A stretch of DNA of 64,000 nt, from assembly GCA_963676565.1 (NCBI GenBank), contig OY781089.1:2304001-2368000 (forward strand), read 5' to 3'. Source of the DNA: Halarcobacter sp. (GTDB lineage: Bacteria > Campylobacterota > Campylobacteria > Campylobacterales > Arcobacteraceae). Under the pieces are notes generated by a model, which saw only the letters and a program-made list of their open reading frames with translations, was not told the DNA's origin and did no database searches. The number at the start of each line of letters is the position of its first letter. The first letter of the stretch is position 1. Positions 1 to 9,944 of this stretch are shown here, piece after piece. Position numbers and translations under genes: made by a program.

Positions 1-89
1 TTTATTGTTGTAATATTAATTAGAGTCTGTTAATTAAGTGTTAATCTTTTGATAAGTCTTATATTTTTTTTAAGTATTTAAGTTAATTA

Positions 90-953
90 TTAGTTTATGA
101 TGTTTTTAAAGTTTAGAATAAATTTATTTCCATTGGTTAATGGCTCAATTTTTATGGCTATTTTATTTTTGTCACAAAACTCTTTTACCATAGAAAGTCC
201 TAATCCAAATCCATGTTTAGAAGAATCTTCTTGAAAAAATTTATCAAAAATGATAAATAAATTCTTTGTATCAATCTCTTTTCCCGTATTATAAATAGAA
301 AAAAGATTATTACTATATGTGATTTGTATTAAACCATTTTCTTCAAGATTATATTTTAAAGCATTTGAGATAAGATTATCAAGCATTTTAGAAAAACCAT
401 TTAAATCAGTTTTTAATTGACAATCTTCAATTTTAACTTCTATTTTTATATCTTTTTTCAAATCTTCGAACTTATCTAAACTTTTGTAAGTAATCTCTTT
501 TAGATTAAAAGTAGAAACATCAATCTTATCAATCTCTTTTTTTATTTGATATTCCATATCTTCATAAAGTTTTAATAATTCATTTGAAGCTTTTTTTATT
601 CTACTTAATCTTTTTAAAGCTTTTTCATCTGTAATTTTTTTCTCTAACATTTGTGTATTTAAATTGATTGTTGAAACTGGGATGTTTAATTCATGTAATG
701 TCTCTTTTACAGTCTTTTGTAGGTTTTCATCACTTTTAAAAAGTGGTTCAAAAATAGATTTACTTAATAAAAGATATAAACCTAGACCAAAAATTAATAC
801 TGTTAATGTAATAAGCATAAATGTATCTTGATTAAAACCAATATAAGAGTTTAAATAAAAGTTTAAAAGCAATGATAAAAGTAAAACGAATACAACAATT
901 ATTGAATTAGTGATTAAAAAGTTTCTTTTTTTATAATTCAATTTTATATCCAA
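90..953 (-). CDS. Two-component sensor histidine kinase
   Basis: Two N-terminal TM helices, H-box LHELNIP, N-box NLISNALKY, G-box GFGLGL; overlaps upstream response regulator. Confidence 0.93.
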   Translation of the reverse strand: MDIKLNYKKRNFLITNSIIVVFVLLLSLLLNFYLNSYIGFNQDTFMLITLTVLIFGLGLYLLLSKSIFEPLFKSDENLQKTVKETLHELNIPVSTINLNTQMLEKKITDEKALKRLSRIKKASNELLKLYEDMEYQIKKEIDKIDVSTFNLKEITYKSLDKFEDLKKDIKIEVKIEDCQLKTDLNGFSKMLDNLISNALKYNLEENGLIQITYSNNLFSIYNTGKEIDTKNLFIIFDKFFQEDSSKHGFGLGLSMVKEFCDKNKIAIKIEPLTNGNKFILNFKNIIN

Positions 954-1590
954 TACCTTTTATATTTTTGATTGAGTCTTTTCCAAGAAGTTTTTTAATA
1001 TTGTTAATATAAACTCTGATTGAACCTTCACTATACCCTTCTGAACATCCCCAAAGTCTATCAATAATCATCTCTTTAGTAATAATTTTTTCTTTTTTTT
1101 CTAAAAATAGCTCAAGTAAATCAATAACCTTTCCTGCAAGATTTATATCATTACCATTTGATAAAACTCTCCTATTCATTGGGTCAAAGGTCAAATCTTC
1201 AGTTAATTTAATATCTTCAAATGATTTCCCACTTCTTTTTAATAAAGATTGGATTCGAAGAAGAAGTTCATCAAGGTCAATTGGCTTTTTTAAATAATCA
1301 TCACAGCCAGTTAAAAACCCTTGGGTTAATTTATCTTTATCTTTATATGAAGTTAGATAGATTGCAGGGGTATTATCTCCAGAGTTTCTCAACTCTTTTA
1401 ATAAACTAATTCCATCTAAAAGAGGAACATTGATATCAAAAAGATATAAATCAAAATTATTCTCATATGTAATACTTAAAACCTCTTCACCATTTGATGC
1501 AGTTTTTATTTCAAAACCTTCATCTTCTAAGAAATCTTCAAGTGTTTCAAGAAATAGTTCATCATCTTCTAAAACAAGTATTTTGTGCAA
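931..1590 (-). CDS. OmpR-family response regulator
   Basis: Receiver domain (LEDD, FDINVP, KP) plus winged helix ending GIGYKI; TTG start with GGAG SD. Confidence 0.95.
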   Translation of the reverse strand: MHKILVLEDDELFLETLEDFLEDEGFEIKTASNGEEVLSITYENNFDLYLFDINVPLLDGISLLKELRNSGDNTPAIYLTSYKDKDKLTQGFLTGCDDYLKKPIDLDELLLRIQSLLKRSGKSFEDIKLTEDLTFDPMNRRVLSNGNDINLAGKVIDLLELFLEKKEKIITKEMIIDRLWGCSEGYSEGSIRVYINNIKKLLGKDSIKNIKGIGYKIEL

Positions 1591-1603
1591 GGAGTCTCCA
1601 AAA

Positions 1604-1724
1604 AATATTTATTTTATTATATTCTTACTAAGTTAAAATACTATTAATTTGTGACTTAAGTTAATATTTATTTTATTATATTCTTACTAAGTTAAAATAC
1701 TATTAATTTGTGACTTAAGTTAAT
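1604..1724. repeat. Perfect 59-bp tandem duplication in a divergent promoter region
   Basis: 1604-1662 is identical to 1663-1721 (AATATTTATTTTATTATATTCTTACTAAGTTAAAATACTATTAATTTGTGACTTAAGTT). Confidence 0.95.
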
Positions 1725-1779
1725 TTTTTACTTTATTTATTTATCATTATTTTTAAAGTAATAAAATATAGGCAAAGAG

Positions 1780-3549
1780 ATGATAAAAAGAATTTTTATA
1801 TTATGTGTATTAATAATCACTGCATTTTATGTTATATCCGAAGATAATATAAAAACAATTTTAGCTGGTATTGCAATTTTCCTAATTGGAATGCACTTTA
1901 TGGAGGATGGTTTTAAACTTTTTTCAGGGGGAACATTAGAAAATGTTTTAAAAAAATTCACTTCAAGTTCATTTAAATCTGTATTAACAGGTTTTGTTAC
2001 AACATCTATTGTTCAAAGTTCCTCTTTAATATCTGTAATTGTAATATCTTTTTTATCTGTTGAACTAATTTCTCTTACAAAAGCAATAGCAATAGTTTTT
2101 GGTGCAAATTTAGGAAGTACAACAACTGCATGGATTGTTTCAGCATTTGGATTAAAGTTAAAAATTTCACTATACGCTATGCCAATGATTATATTTGGTG
2201 TAATTTTTAGATTTTCTAAATCCTCTACATATGTTGGTTTAGGAAATATTTTATTAGGTTTAGGTTTTATTTTTTTAGGAATCTCTTACATGAAAGAGGG
2301 ATTTGACACATTAAGTGCTTCTATTGATTTGGCAAAATATTCTGTTGGTGGATATTTAGGAATTTTTATTTATATTTTAATTGGAGCTGTTTCAACTGTA
2401 ATTATTCAATCTAGTAGTGCAACAATGGCTATTATTATTACAGCACTTGCAGGGGGAAATATTCTTTATATCGACGCTCTAGCCCTTGCAATAGGTGCAA
2501 ATATAGGTACTACTGTTACAGCTATACTTGGTTCTTTAACCTCTAATCAAAATGGTAAACGTCTTGCATTTGGGCATTTTATATTTAATATCTCAACGGG
2601 ATTAATAGCAGTTGCATTAATATATATATTAAAAGATTTAGTAGACTTTTTGTCCCTTTATATAGGAATAGAAAAAGATAATTACTCTATGAAACTGGCA
2701 TTATTTCATACAATATTTAATCTTTTAGGGATAATAATTCTTTACCCATTTATACAAATAATTGTAAATCTTTCGAAAAAGTTTATTAGTGATGAAAAAT
2801 ATAAAAAACCTTCAAAACCAATCTATCTTGATAAAGCTAATATCAAAATACCATACAATGCAATGGTTTCAATTCAAAAAGAGTTACATCATCTATATGA
2901 TAATGCTCAAAAAGCTATACTTCATGCAATCTCTATTCACTCAACTGAATTAAAAACAAAAGAAGACCTTGATAAAATAATAAACACAGAAGTTAAAAAA
3001 ATTGATACTGATTTAGATTCATTTTACCAAAATAATTTAAAGCTTCTTTATAGTGAGATTATTGAATTTGCCTTACTTTCTCAACAAAATATGAACAAAG
3101 AACAAAATGAGTACGTAGCCCAATTGAAACTTGCTTCAAATATAATTGTAAAAATTTTAAAAGATACAAGAGATATACAAAAAAATATGAATTTTTATTT
3201 AAATAGTAAAAATGAGTACATAAAAAAAGAATATCTTGAAATAAAAAGGGAATTAGCTAGTACAATTCTTTTAGTTAATACAGTAAAAGATCCAACAATA
3301 AACGAATTGGATACATCTATTATGATTCAGGAGCAAAAAGATATAACTGAAACTTTTAATACGTCAATAAACAATCAAATAGATGAACTAATTAGAAATG
3401 AAAAAATTACATCAAAAATGGCAACTTCATTAATAAATGATTCAACAACAACTTATAATATTTGTACAAATCTACTAAGAATTGCAAATATCATATTTAT
3501 TAGAGATGAAAGTTTAAGAAAGTTAGGGGAGATAGAAAATGAAAATTAA
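1780..3549 (+). CDS. Na/Pi cotransporter family protein
   Basis: Repeated QSSS and GANLG/GANIGT motifs, multiple TM helices, PhoU-like C-terminus. Confidence 0.92.
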   Translation: MIKRIFILCVLIITAFYVISEDNIKTILAGIAIFLIGMHFMEDGFKLFSGGTLENVLKKFTSSSFKSVLTGFVTTSIVQSSSLISVIVISFLSVELISLTKAIAIVFGANLGSTTTAWIVSAFGLKLKISLYAMPMIIFGVIFRFSKSSTYVGLGNILLGLGFIFLGISYMKEGFDTLSASIDLAKYSVGGYLGIFIYILIGAVSTVIIQSSSATMAIIITALAGGNILYIDALALAIGANIGTTVTAILGSLTSNQNGKRLAFGHFIFNISTGLIAVALIYILKDLVDFLSLYIGIEKDNYSMKLALFHTIFNLLGIIILYPFIQIIVNLSKKFISDEKYKKPSKPIYLDKANIKIPYNAMVSIQKELHHLYDNAQKAILHAISIHSTELKTKEDLDKIINTEVKKIDTDLDSFYQNNLKLLYSEIIEFALLSQQNMNKEQNEYVAQLKLASNIIVKILKDTRDIQKNMNFYLNSKNEYIKKEYLEIKRELASTILLVNTVKDPTINELDTSIMIQEQKDITETFNTSINNQIDELIRNEKITSKMATSLINDSTTTYNICTNLLRIANIIFIRDESLRKLGEIENEN

Positions 3550-3772
3550 AGAGTTATTTGAAAACTTTGAAAATGTTTTTTCTTGGAATAAAAGTGAAAT
3601 AAAAGAGAATAAAAGTGAAATTGATGACTTAATGAAAAATCTTACACAAAAAAGAAAAAAACTAGAGAAAAAAATCAAAAAAGAAGAAAATCAAGAAGAA
3701 AAAACTGAGTTAAATAAAAAATTAAAAGCTATAAAAAAACTAATAAAAAAAGCTAAAAAGAGTTTATACTAA
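3539..3772 (+). CDS. Small Lys/Glu-rich hypothetical protein
   Basis: Overlaps the cotransporter stop, GGGGAG SD, coiled-coil composition. Confidence 0.7.
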   Translation: MKIKELFENFENVFSWNKSEIKENKSEIDDLMKNLTQKRKKLEKKIKKEENQEEKTELNKKLKAIKKLIKKAKKSLY

Positions 3773-3775
3773 TAA

Positions 3776-4240
3776 TTAGTTAAACTCTTTAAAGTTTTGT
3801 CTTAATGCTTCATATGCAACAATTGATACAGAGTTTGCTATGTTTAAACTTCTTGCATCATTTGTCATTGGGATTGTAATACACCCTTGTTTATTTTTAT
3901 TCATAATAGATTCAGGGAGCCCTGCATCTTCTCTTCCAAAATAAAAATAGTCACCTTTTTTATATTCCATATCAAAATAAACTTGTTTTGTTTTTGTAGT
4001 TGCAAAAAAATGTCTATCTGTCATGGGATTCTTTTCCCAAAAATCTTCAATATTTTCATATTCTCTAACATCTAAATCAAACCAATAATCAAGACCCGCT
4101 CTTCTAACCTCTTTTTCTGTAATCTCACCAAAGCCATATGGTTTGATTAAATGAAGTGTACAGTCAAGTGCAAAAGCCAATCTTCCTATAGTCCCAACAT
4201 TTCCAGGGATTCTTGGTTCATGAAGTACTAAATTAAACAT
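3776..4240 (-). CDS. trmL: tRNA (cytidine/uridine-34-2'-O)-methyltransferase
   Basis: SPOUT motifs PRIPGNVG, RRAGLDYW, FGRE, RSLNIANS. Confidence 0.93.
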   Translation of the reverse strand: MFNLVLHEPRIPGNVGTIGRLAFALDCTLHLIKPYGFGEITEKEVRRAGLDYWFDLDVREYENIEDFWEKNPMTDRHFFATTKTKQVYFDMEYKKGDYFYFGREDAGLPESIMNKNKQGCITIPMTNDARSLNIANSVSIVAYEALRQNFKEFN

Positions 4241-5073
4241 TATAAGACTACCGTTTTATTTCCATATACAAATACTTTATCTTCTAAAAGAAGTTGTAAA
4301 GCATTTGATAATACAACCTTTTCAACATTTCTACCTGCTCTTCTCATATCTTGCCAAGAATATGTATGGTCAACTCTAACTACATCTTGAAAAATAATTG
4401 GCCCTTCATCTAAATCATCAGTTACATAGTGTGCTGTAGCACCAATAATCTTTACACCTCTATGGTGTGCTTGTTTATATGGGTTTGCTCCAATAAAAGC
4501 AGGTAAGAAAGAGTGGTGAATATTTAAAACTTTTTTAGGGTATGTTTCAACAAACTTTGGAGTTAAGATTCTCATATATTTAGCTAAAACTATTAGTTCA
4601 GGATTATATTCATTGATTTTTTCAATAACTAAATCCTCATGATCTTCTCTAGCCATATCTTCAGCACTTATACAGTGAAAAGGTATATTGAATTTTTCAA
4701 CTAAATCTTGAAGATAATCATGGTTTGCAATAACTGCTTGAATATTTGCATCAAGCTCACCATCAATATATCTAATTAATAGGTCACCTAAAACATGAGA
4801 CTCTTTTGTAGCTAAAATCACAATGTTTTTCTTTGATTTTTTGTTAAGTTTTAATGTTGATTCTTTTGGTAAAACCTCTGTTAATTCTTTAAGTAAAATA
4901 TTTTCATTTAATTCACCAGAGATAACTGTTCTCATAAAGAACTTGTTAGTTTCTTTATCAACATATTCAGCATTTTGTTCAATATTTAAATTGTTTGCAA
5001 AAAGAACTTTTGAGACATTGTAAACAAGTCCTTTTGCATCAAAAGTATCAATTAAGAGTATATATTCTTTCAT
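4240..5073 (-). CDS. purU: Formyltetrahydrofolate deformylase
   Basis: LAKYMRIL, NIHHSFLPAFIGANPY, GVKIIGATAHYVT, DEGPII. Confidence 0.96.
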   Translation of the reverse strand: MKEYILLIDTFDAKGLVYNVSKVLFANNLNIEQNAEYVDKETNKFFMRTVISGELNENILLKELTEVLPKESTLKLNKKSKKNIVILATKESHVLGDLLIRYIDGELDANIQAVIANHDYLQDLVEKFNIPFHCISAEDMAREDHEDLVIEKINEYNPELIVLAKYMRILTPKFVETYPKKVLNIHHSFLPAFIGANPYKQAHHRGVKIIGATAHYVTDDLDEGPIIFQDVVRVDHTYSWQDMRRAGRNVEKVVLSNALQLLLEDKVFVYGNKTVVL

Positions 5074-5123
5074 AGTATTATTCCATCCTAAAATTAAGAA
5101 TGGAATAATACCAAAATAAAGAT

Positions 5124-6386
5124 TTAAATCATTTTAGATAGCTGTTCTCTATATGCCTCATGGTCATAATTTTTTTCTCTAGCAACGCCAGACTCAACTG
5201 CAGCACGTGCTACTGCACTTGAAATTTCAACAATAAGTCTTTTATCAAATGGTTTTGGAAGAATATACTCTTTTGAATAAGTAATATGATCACCAAAAAT
5301 CTTTTTAATATCATCAGTAACTGGTTTTTTAGCTAAATCTGCAATTGCATATGCAGCAGCTTTTTTCATAGCCATATTTATTTTTTTAGCTTGAACATCT
5401 AATGCACCTCTAAAAATGAATGGGAATCCAATTACATTGTTTACTTGGTTATTAAAATCACTTCTTCCTGTACCAATTAAAGCTTTATCTCTAATTGCTA
5501 AAATCTCATCTGGAAATAATTCAGGAGTTGGATTAGCCAATGTAAATACAATAGGTTCATCTGCCATTACAGCAATATGTTCTTGTGTAAAAGTTCCAGG
5601 TCTAGATAATCCAAGTACCATGTCTGCTTCCCTAAAAGCATCCATCTTTGTCATTGCTTCTTTTACTGAAAATTCTTTTTTGAATTCATTTAAATCATCT
5701 CTACCATCATGACATACACCTTTAGAGTCAATCATAATTATATTTTTGATTCCAATAGCTTTATACATTCTTGAACAAGAAATCGCTGCTGCACCTGCTC
5801 CAACAACAACAACTTTTAACTCTTCAAGATTTTTTCCTAAAATATCACAAGCATTAATAACACCAGCAGATGTAATAATCGCTGTACCATGTTGGTCATC
5901 ATGCATAACTGGAATGTCAAGCTCTTCAATTAATCTTTTTTCGATTTCAAAACACTCAGGTGATTTTATATCTTCAAGATTAATTCCACCAAATGTTGGA
6001 GCAATAGCTTTACATACATCAATAAATTTTTCTGGATTCTCTTCATCTACTTCAATATCAAAAGAATCAATCGCTGAGAACTTTTTAAATAATACTGATT
6101 TCCCTTCCATCACTGGTTTTGCAGCTAATGCTCCAATATTACCAAGTCCTAATACAGCTGTACCATTTGTAATTACTGCAACAAGATTTCTTTTTGCAGT
6201 ATATTTAAATGCATTTTCTGGGTTTTCTTCAATTTCTAAGCATGGAAATGCAACACCTGGAGTGTAAGCTTTTGATAAATCATCTTGAGTTTCTAATTCA
6301 GTTGTAGTTTCAATAGCTAATTTTCCAGCTTTTGGGTATTGGTGATAATCCAATGCTTCTTCTCTAGTAACAGGTTGTTTACTCAT
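5124..6386 (-). CDS. NAD(P)-dependent malic enzyme (no PTA domain)
   Basis: AYTPGV, PVMEGK, INLEDI, HDDQHGTAI, GAGAA, NQVNN. Confidence 0.94.
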   Translation of the reverse strand: MSKQPVTREEALDYHQYPKAGKLAIETTTELETQDDLSKAYTPGVAFPCLEIEENPENAFKYTAKRNLVAVITNGTAVLGLGNIGALAAKPVMEGKSVLFKKFSAIDSFDIEVDEENPEKFIDVCKAIAPTFGGINLEDIKSPECFEIEKRLIEELDIPVMHDDQHGTAIITSAGVINACDILGKNLEELKVVVVGAGAAAISCSRMYKAIGIKNIIMIDSKGVCHDGRDDLNEFKKEFSVKEAMTKMDAFREADMVLGLSRPGTFTQEHIAVMADEPIVFTLANPTPELFPDEILAIRDKALIGTGRSDFNNQVNNVIGFPFIFRGALDVQAKKINMAMKKAAAYAIADLAKKPVTDDIKKIFGDHITYSKEYILPKPFDKRLIVEISSAVARAAVESGVAREKNYDHEAYREQLSKMI

Positions 6387-6539
6387 TTTCTATCCTCTCT
6401 CTTTGTTTAGGGGTTACCGAATTGTAACTCATTAAAACTTACAAAAAAGAAGAAAATCATAATTTAAGCTTATGAACTTTAATATTTCTTTAAGAGACAT
6501 AATATTTACATGAAATATACATAATTTTTACATAAGTGC

Positions 6540-7208
6540 CTATATTGTGACAATTCCAGCAAATCTACCACACTTTTTATCCACCCTATATGAGTAATAT
6601 GGCTCATTTGAGCACCTTGTGCAAGTATTAGATATAGTTATATTACTGATATTTAAGCTATTAAGTAAACTCTCATTTATACCTTGAAGGTCAATAAATC
6701 TTCCCTTTACAAACTCTTTTCCAAAACTTTTTTCAACTATGGTAACCAGTTCATCATTTACTTCATAACAACATTTTTGTATTGATGGACCCATATGTAC
6801 TTCTATATCAGAATAGTTGCACTTAAATTCATTAACCATTTTTTCAACTGTAATTTCGGAAATTCTTAAAAAAGTTGAATTTCTACCTGCATGAACAGCA
6901 GCCACAACATCCTTTTTTCTATCAATAAAAATAATTGGTATACAATCTGCTACCATAACCATCAAAACAACATCTTTATCTTTTGTAATTATCCCATCAC
7001 AATCATCTATTATATTTGGTGAGTATTTATCTACAACTTTGACATTATTCCCATGAACTTGATTCATTGAAATAAGTTTTTTATCCTCTAAATTATATTT
7101 TTTTAGGAGGTTTTTTCTATTTTTATCAACATTTTCTTTAATATCAGGAACATGGAAAGCAAGATTTCCATCATCAATATTTGTAAAAGTAAAGAATATT
7201 TTATCCAT
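6540..7208 (-). CDS. pgeF: PgeF/YfiH family purine nucleoside phosphorylase / peptidoglycan editing factor
   Basis: QVHG, VADCIP, VHAG, GPSI..CCYEV motifs. Confidence 0.9.
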   Translation of the reverse strand: MDKIFFTFTNIDDGNLAFHVPDIKENVDKNRKNLLKKYNLEDKKLISMNQVHGNNVKVVDKYSPNIIDDCDGIITKDKDVVLMVMVADCIPIIFIDRKKDVVAAVHAGRNSTFLRISEITVEKMVNEFKCNYSDIEVHMGPSIQKCCYEVNDELVTIVEKSFGKEFVKGRFIDLQGINESLLNSLNISNITISNTCTRCSNEPYYSYRVDKKCGRFAGIVTI

Positions 7209-7379
7209 ATAAAATCCAATTAATTTTTATAGTTATTGTACTTATTATAATTTAATTTACTCTTATTGTTTTTTTGATAAAACCGCCACAATTAAAGGAT
7301 TATAATGACAAACAAATTTGCAATTTTTGGAAACCCAGTAGCACATTCAAAATCACCACAAATGCATAATGCAGGATTT
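7202..7379 (+). repeat. Direct repeat copy 1 (178 bp: pgeF start, divergent promoter, first 25 codons of aroE)
   Basis: Matches 9039-9216 at offset 1837 with 5 mismatches by manual alignment. Confidence 0.93.
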
Positions 7380-7382
7380 TAA
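7305..7382 (+). pseudogene. aroE: Truncated duplicate of the aroE 5' end (MTNKFAIFGNPVAHSKSPQMHNAGF*)
   Basis: Identical to the first 25 codons of 9142-9933, followed by TAA. Confidence 0.88.
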
Positions 7383-7945
7383 AGTAAGTTTATCAGAATT
7401 TGAAATAATATTTTCTTCAATAAGTTTATTGTAAAAATTATTCATTGATACTTCTTGTGCTGTAAACCCTAATATAGATAAATGATAATCAGAAAGTAAA
7501 TCTTGTGCAGAATTAACAGTAAAATCAAACTCTGTCCCTCTTATATTAAAACTTAATTCTCCAGTTTCATTATTTTTTAATACTAATGCATCAAATCCAC
7601 TTATAGTTCCTATACCATAATCAGATGCTGAGGCTAGGATTGTGTGTCCATTAGTTTTTACAGTTTTAGTACTTCCATCATCTTGGATAACTTCTTTAGT
7701 TAAAAACTCATATTGAATCTCGTCTTTTTCATTTTTAATAACTTCCCCTGTTGTTTCATTTCTTTGTTCTGTAACCCCTACAAAATTTTTTGCTTGTGCT
7801 AAAGTTATTTTTATTTCACCACCTGAATCAACTCTTGTAAGTTCTTCTATATATTTATTAGCATCATTGTTCATTTCAACATTTAAATCACCATAACTTA
7901 CATTAAACTTTATTGCATTATCTAAATATGTTTGGCTAATGACAT
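7353..7945 (-). pseudogene. Frameshifted and truncated lipase-type (Tle/RTX-associated) toxin N-terminus
   Basis: SD plus ATG at 7945 is one base out of frame with the long ORF; SGFDA..RGTE..DLLSD motifs of class 3 lipase-like proteins; ORF runs into the antisense aroE stub after DKLTL, where GHSLG would be expected. Confidence 0.7.
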
Positions 7946-7946
7946 T

Positions 7947-8747
7947 TTATTTTCCTTTTGTTGTTTTATTTTGTTTATAAGGGTTTGGAATAACAAGCTC
8001 TTTTAAGGCTTTAATTCCAATTTCTTTGGGACATCCACTACCTCTAAACTCATAAGGACTCATAGTATTTACATACCAACCTCCACCATAAGAATAATGC
8101 CTATCTATCGCTAATGTTTCATTATTTTTCTTATTAAACACTTTGTGTATACTTAGTGAAATGCGAAATAAATCTGATATTCTATGGTTATAGCTTTGAT
8201 CAAAAGCACTTATATAAGTGCCATATGGACTCTTAGGTACTTTGATAATATTTTTTAAATTATATTTTTTTATGATTTCATCAGTATTCTTGCATGAACT
8301 TTTGTAGTTTTGATGATTAGGTGATAGATTATTATATTTATCACTACAATAGTTCAAATAAACTTCTTTAAACCCACCCTTAGAACAAAGACCTTTTTTA
8401 ATTAAATCTGTACAAATACCTCTTTTAACCAATTTATTTTTGGCAAAAAAATCAAATTCTTCACCTGAATATGAATTATTAAAGATATTCAACCCTTCGT
8501 AAAACCAAAAATCCTTCTGCTCTTGTAAATTAGTAACAGTTTTATAAATTTTAACTCCACCTTCTGTAAAACAAAGATATTTAAAATAAGCATATCCAGC
8601 AATATGATCCCAAAATGGTAAAGTTACAAGTAAAATAAAAAATACTCTTTTTTTTATCTTACTTATAGCCCTATAAAATTTATCAAATAACCATTTTATT
8701 ATTAGCATATATATAATAATCGGCAAAAATATCATTAATACACCCAT
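7947..8747 (-). CDS. Membrane-anchored hypothetical protein, putative immunity protein
   Basis: Two N-terminal TM helices then PFWD..Y..LC..EGG..IY and a Cys-containing periplasmic domain; directly upstream of the lipase-like remnant. Confidence 0.6.
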   Translation of the reverse strand: MGVLMIFLPIIIYMLIIKWLFDKFYRAISKIKKRVFFILLVTLPFWDHIAGYAYFKYLCFTEGGVKIYKTVTNLQEQKDFWFYEGLNIFNNSYSGEEFDFFAKNKLVKRGICTDLIKKGLCSKGGFKEVYLNYCSDKYNNLSPNHQNYKSSCKNTDEIIKKYNLKNIIKVPKSPYGTYISAFDQSYNHRISDLFRISLSIHKVFNKKNNETLAIDRHYSYGGGWYVNTMSPYEFRGSGCPKEIGIKALKELVIPNPYKQNKTTKGK

Positions 8748-8818
8748 TATGCAACCTTTCTATTTGTAATTTTAACTTAGAACTCTTTAATTTCTGTGTC
8801 TCATTTACTGTAGTCAGA

Positions 8819-8920
8819 TCAATATTTATCATTTGTATGATTAAAGACATCACATCTATTTACTCCTCTATTTATAACATGATGATATCCTGTAAAATCT
8901 ACTCTTAATCTTGTGGGCAT
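8819..8920 (-). mobile_element. N-terminal stub of a REP-associated tyrosine (Y1/HUH) transposase
   Basis: Translates MPTRLRVDFTGYHHVINRGVNRCDVFNHTNDKY*; YHHVINRG.NR..VF is the typical RAYT N-terminus; AAGGT SD upstream. Confidence 0.8.
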
Positions 8921-9038
8921 CTTTTTACCTTTCTTTTTATCTACAAATTAAAACTTCTCAGATAGAAACTTTAATTTATTGATTTATATTTTTTATCTCA
9001 AAAGTGGAGATTCATCCTCTGGGGTGTAACTGTAACTG

Positions 9039-9216
9039 TATCCATATGAAATCCAATTAATTTTTATACCTATTGTACTTATTATAATTTAATATACTCT
9101 TATTGTTTTTTTGATAAAATCGCCACAATTAAAGGATTATAATGACAAACAAATTTGCAATTTTTGGAAACCCAGTAGCACATTCAAAATCACCACAAAT
9201 GCATAATGCAGGATTT
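9039..9216 (+). repeat. Direct repeat copy 2 (178 bp)
   Basis: Matches 7202-7379 and continues into intact aroE. Confidence 0.93.
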
Positions 9217-9933
9217 AAACAACTAAATTTCGACGGTGAATATGTAAAGCATTTAATCGAAGATGCAAGTACCCTTAAAAATACTTTTTTACAAGAAAAA
9301 TACTTAGGTGCTAATATTACAGTTCCCCATAAAGAAGTAGCTTTTAAAGATGCTGATGAAGTTAGAGGTATCGCAAATAAGATTAAAGCAGTAAATACTT
9401 ATATAAATGAAAATGGCAAAATTGTTGCATATAATACTGATGCTCCAGGATTTTTAAAAGCAATTGAAACCTTTGGAGTAATTAAAAAAGTACTGCTTCT
9501 TGGTGCAGGAGGAACAGCAAAGGCTATTAGTCTTGCTTTAAAAGAAAAAAATATTGATGTAACTGTATTAAATAGAAGTGAAGGGAAACTAGACTTTTTC
9601 AAACAATACAATATAAAATGCTCAACTTGGGAAAACTTTGAAGATAAGGATTTTGACCTAATTGTAAACTCTACAAGTGCTGGTTTAAAAGATGACTATT
9701 TACCTTGTCCTAAAGAAATTTTAGAAGAAGTTTTAAAAAATGCTTTATATGCTTTTGACTGTGTTTATGGGAAAGTAACACCTTTCTTAGCACTTGCAAA
9801 AGAAAAAGGTTTGCAGATAAAAGATGGAGAAGACATGCTTCTTTATCAAGGTGTATTAGCCTTTGAATACTTTACTAAACAAGAGGCAAATCAAGAAACT
9901 ATTGAAACTATGAGAAAAGCACTAAAAGAATAA
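9142..9933 (+). CDS. aroE: Shikimate dehydrogenase
   Basis: GNPVAHSKSP, NITVPHK, AVNT, NTD, GAGGTA, MLLYQG. Confidence 0.96.
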   Translation: MTNKFAIFGNPVAHSKSPQMHNAGFKQLNFDGEYVKHLIEDASTLKNTFLQEKYLGANITVPHKEVAFKDADEVRGIANKIKAVNTYINENGKIVAYNTDAPGFLKAIETFGVIKKVLLLGAGGTAKAISLALKEKNIDVTVLNRSEGKLDFFKQYNIKCSTWENFEDKDFDLIVNSTSAGLKDDYLPCPKEILEEVLKNALYAFDCVYGKVTPFLALAKEKGLQIKDGEDMLLYQGVLAFEYFTKQEANQETIETMRKALKE

Positions 9934-9944
9934 AAGGAAGAATA

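Noticed and set aside
1604..1724. CRISPR array
   Set aside because: Two abutting identical units with no spacers and no cas genes
5416..6267. Antisense ORFs in the ORF track (also 10094-10393, 24065-24382, 46890-47147, 60317-60802 and similar)
   Set aside because: Shadow frames opposite well-supported genes, with no SD or recognisable motifs
6411..6430. GGGTTAC-N6-GTAACTC palindrome upstream of the malic enzyme gene
   Set aside because: Short and imperfect, single occurrence; could be an operator but is unsupported
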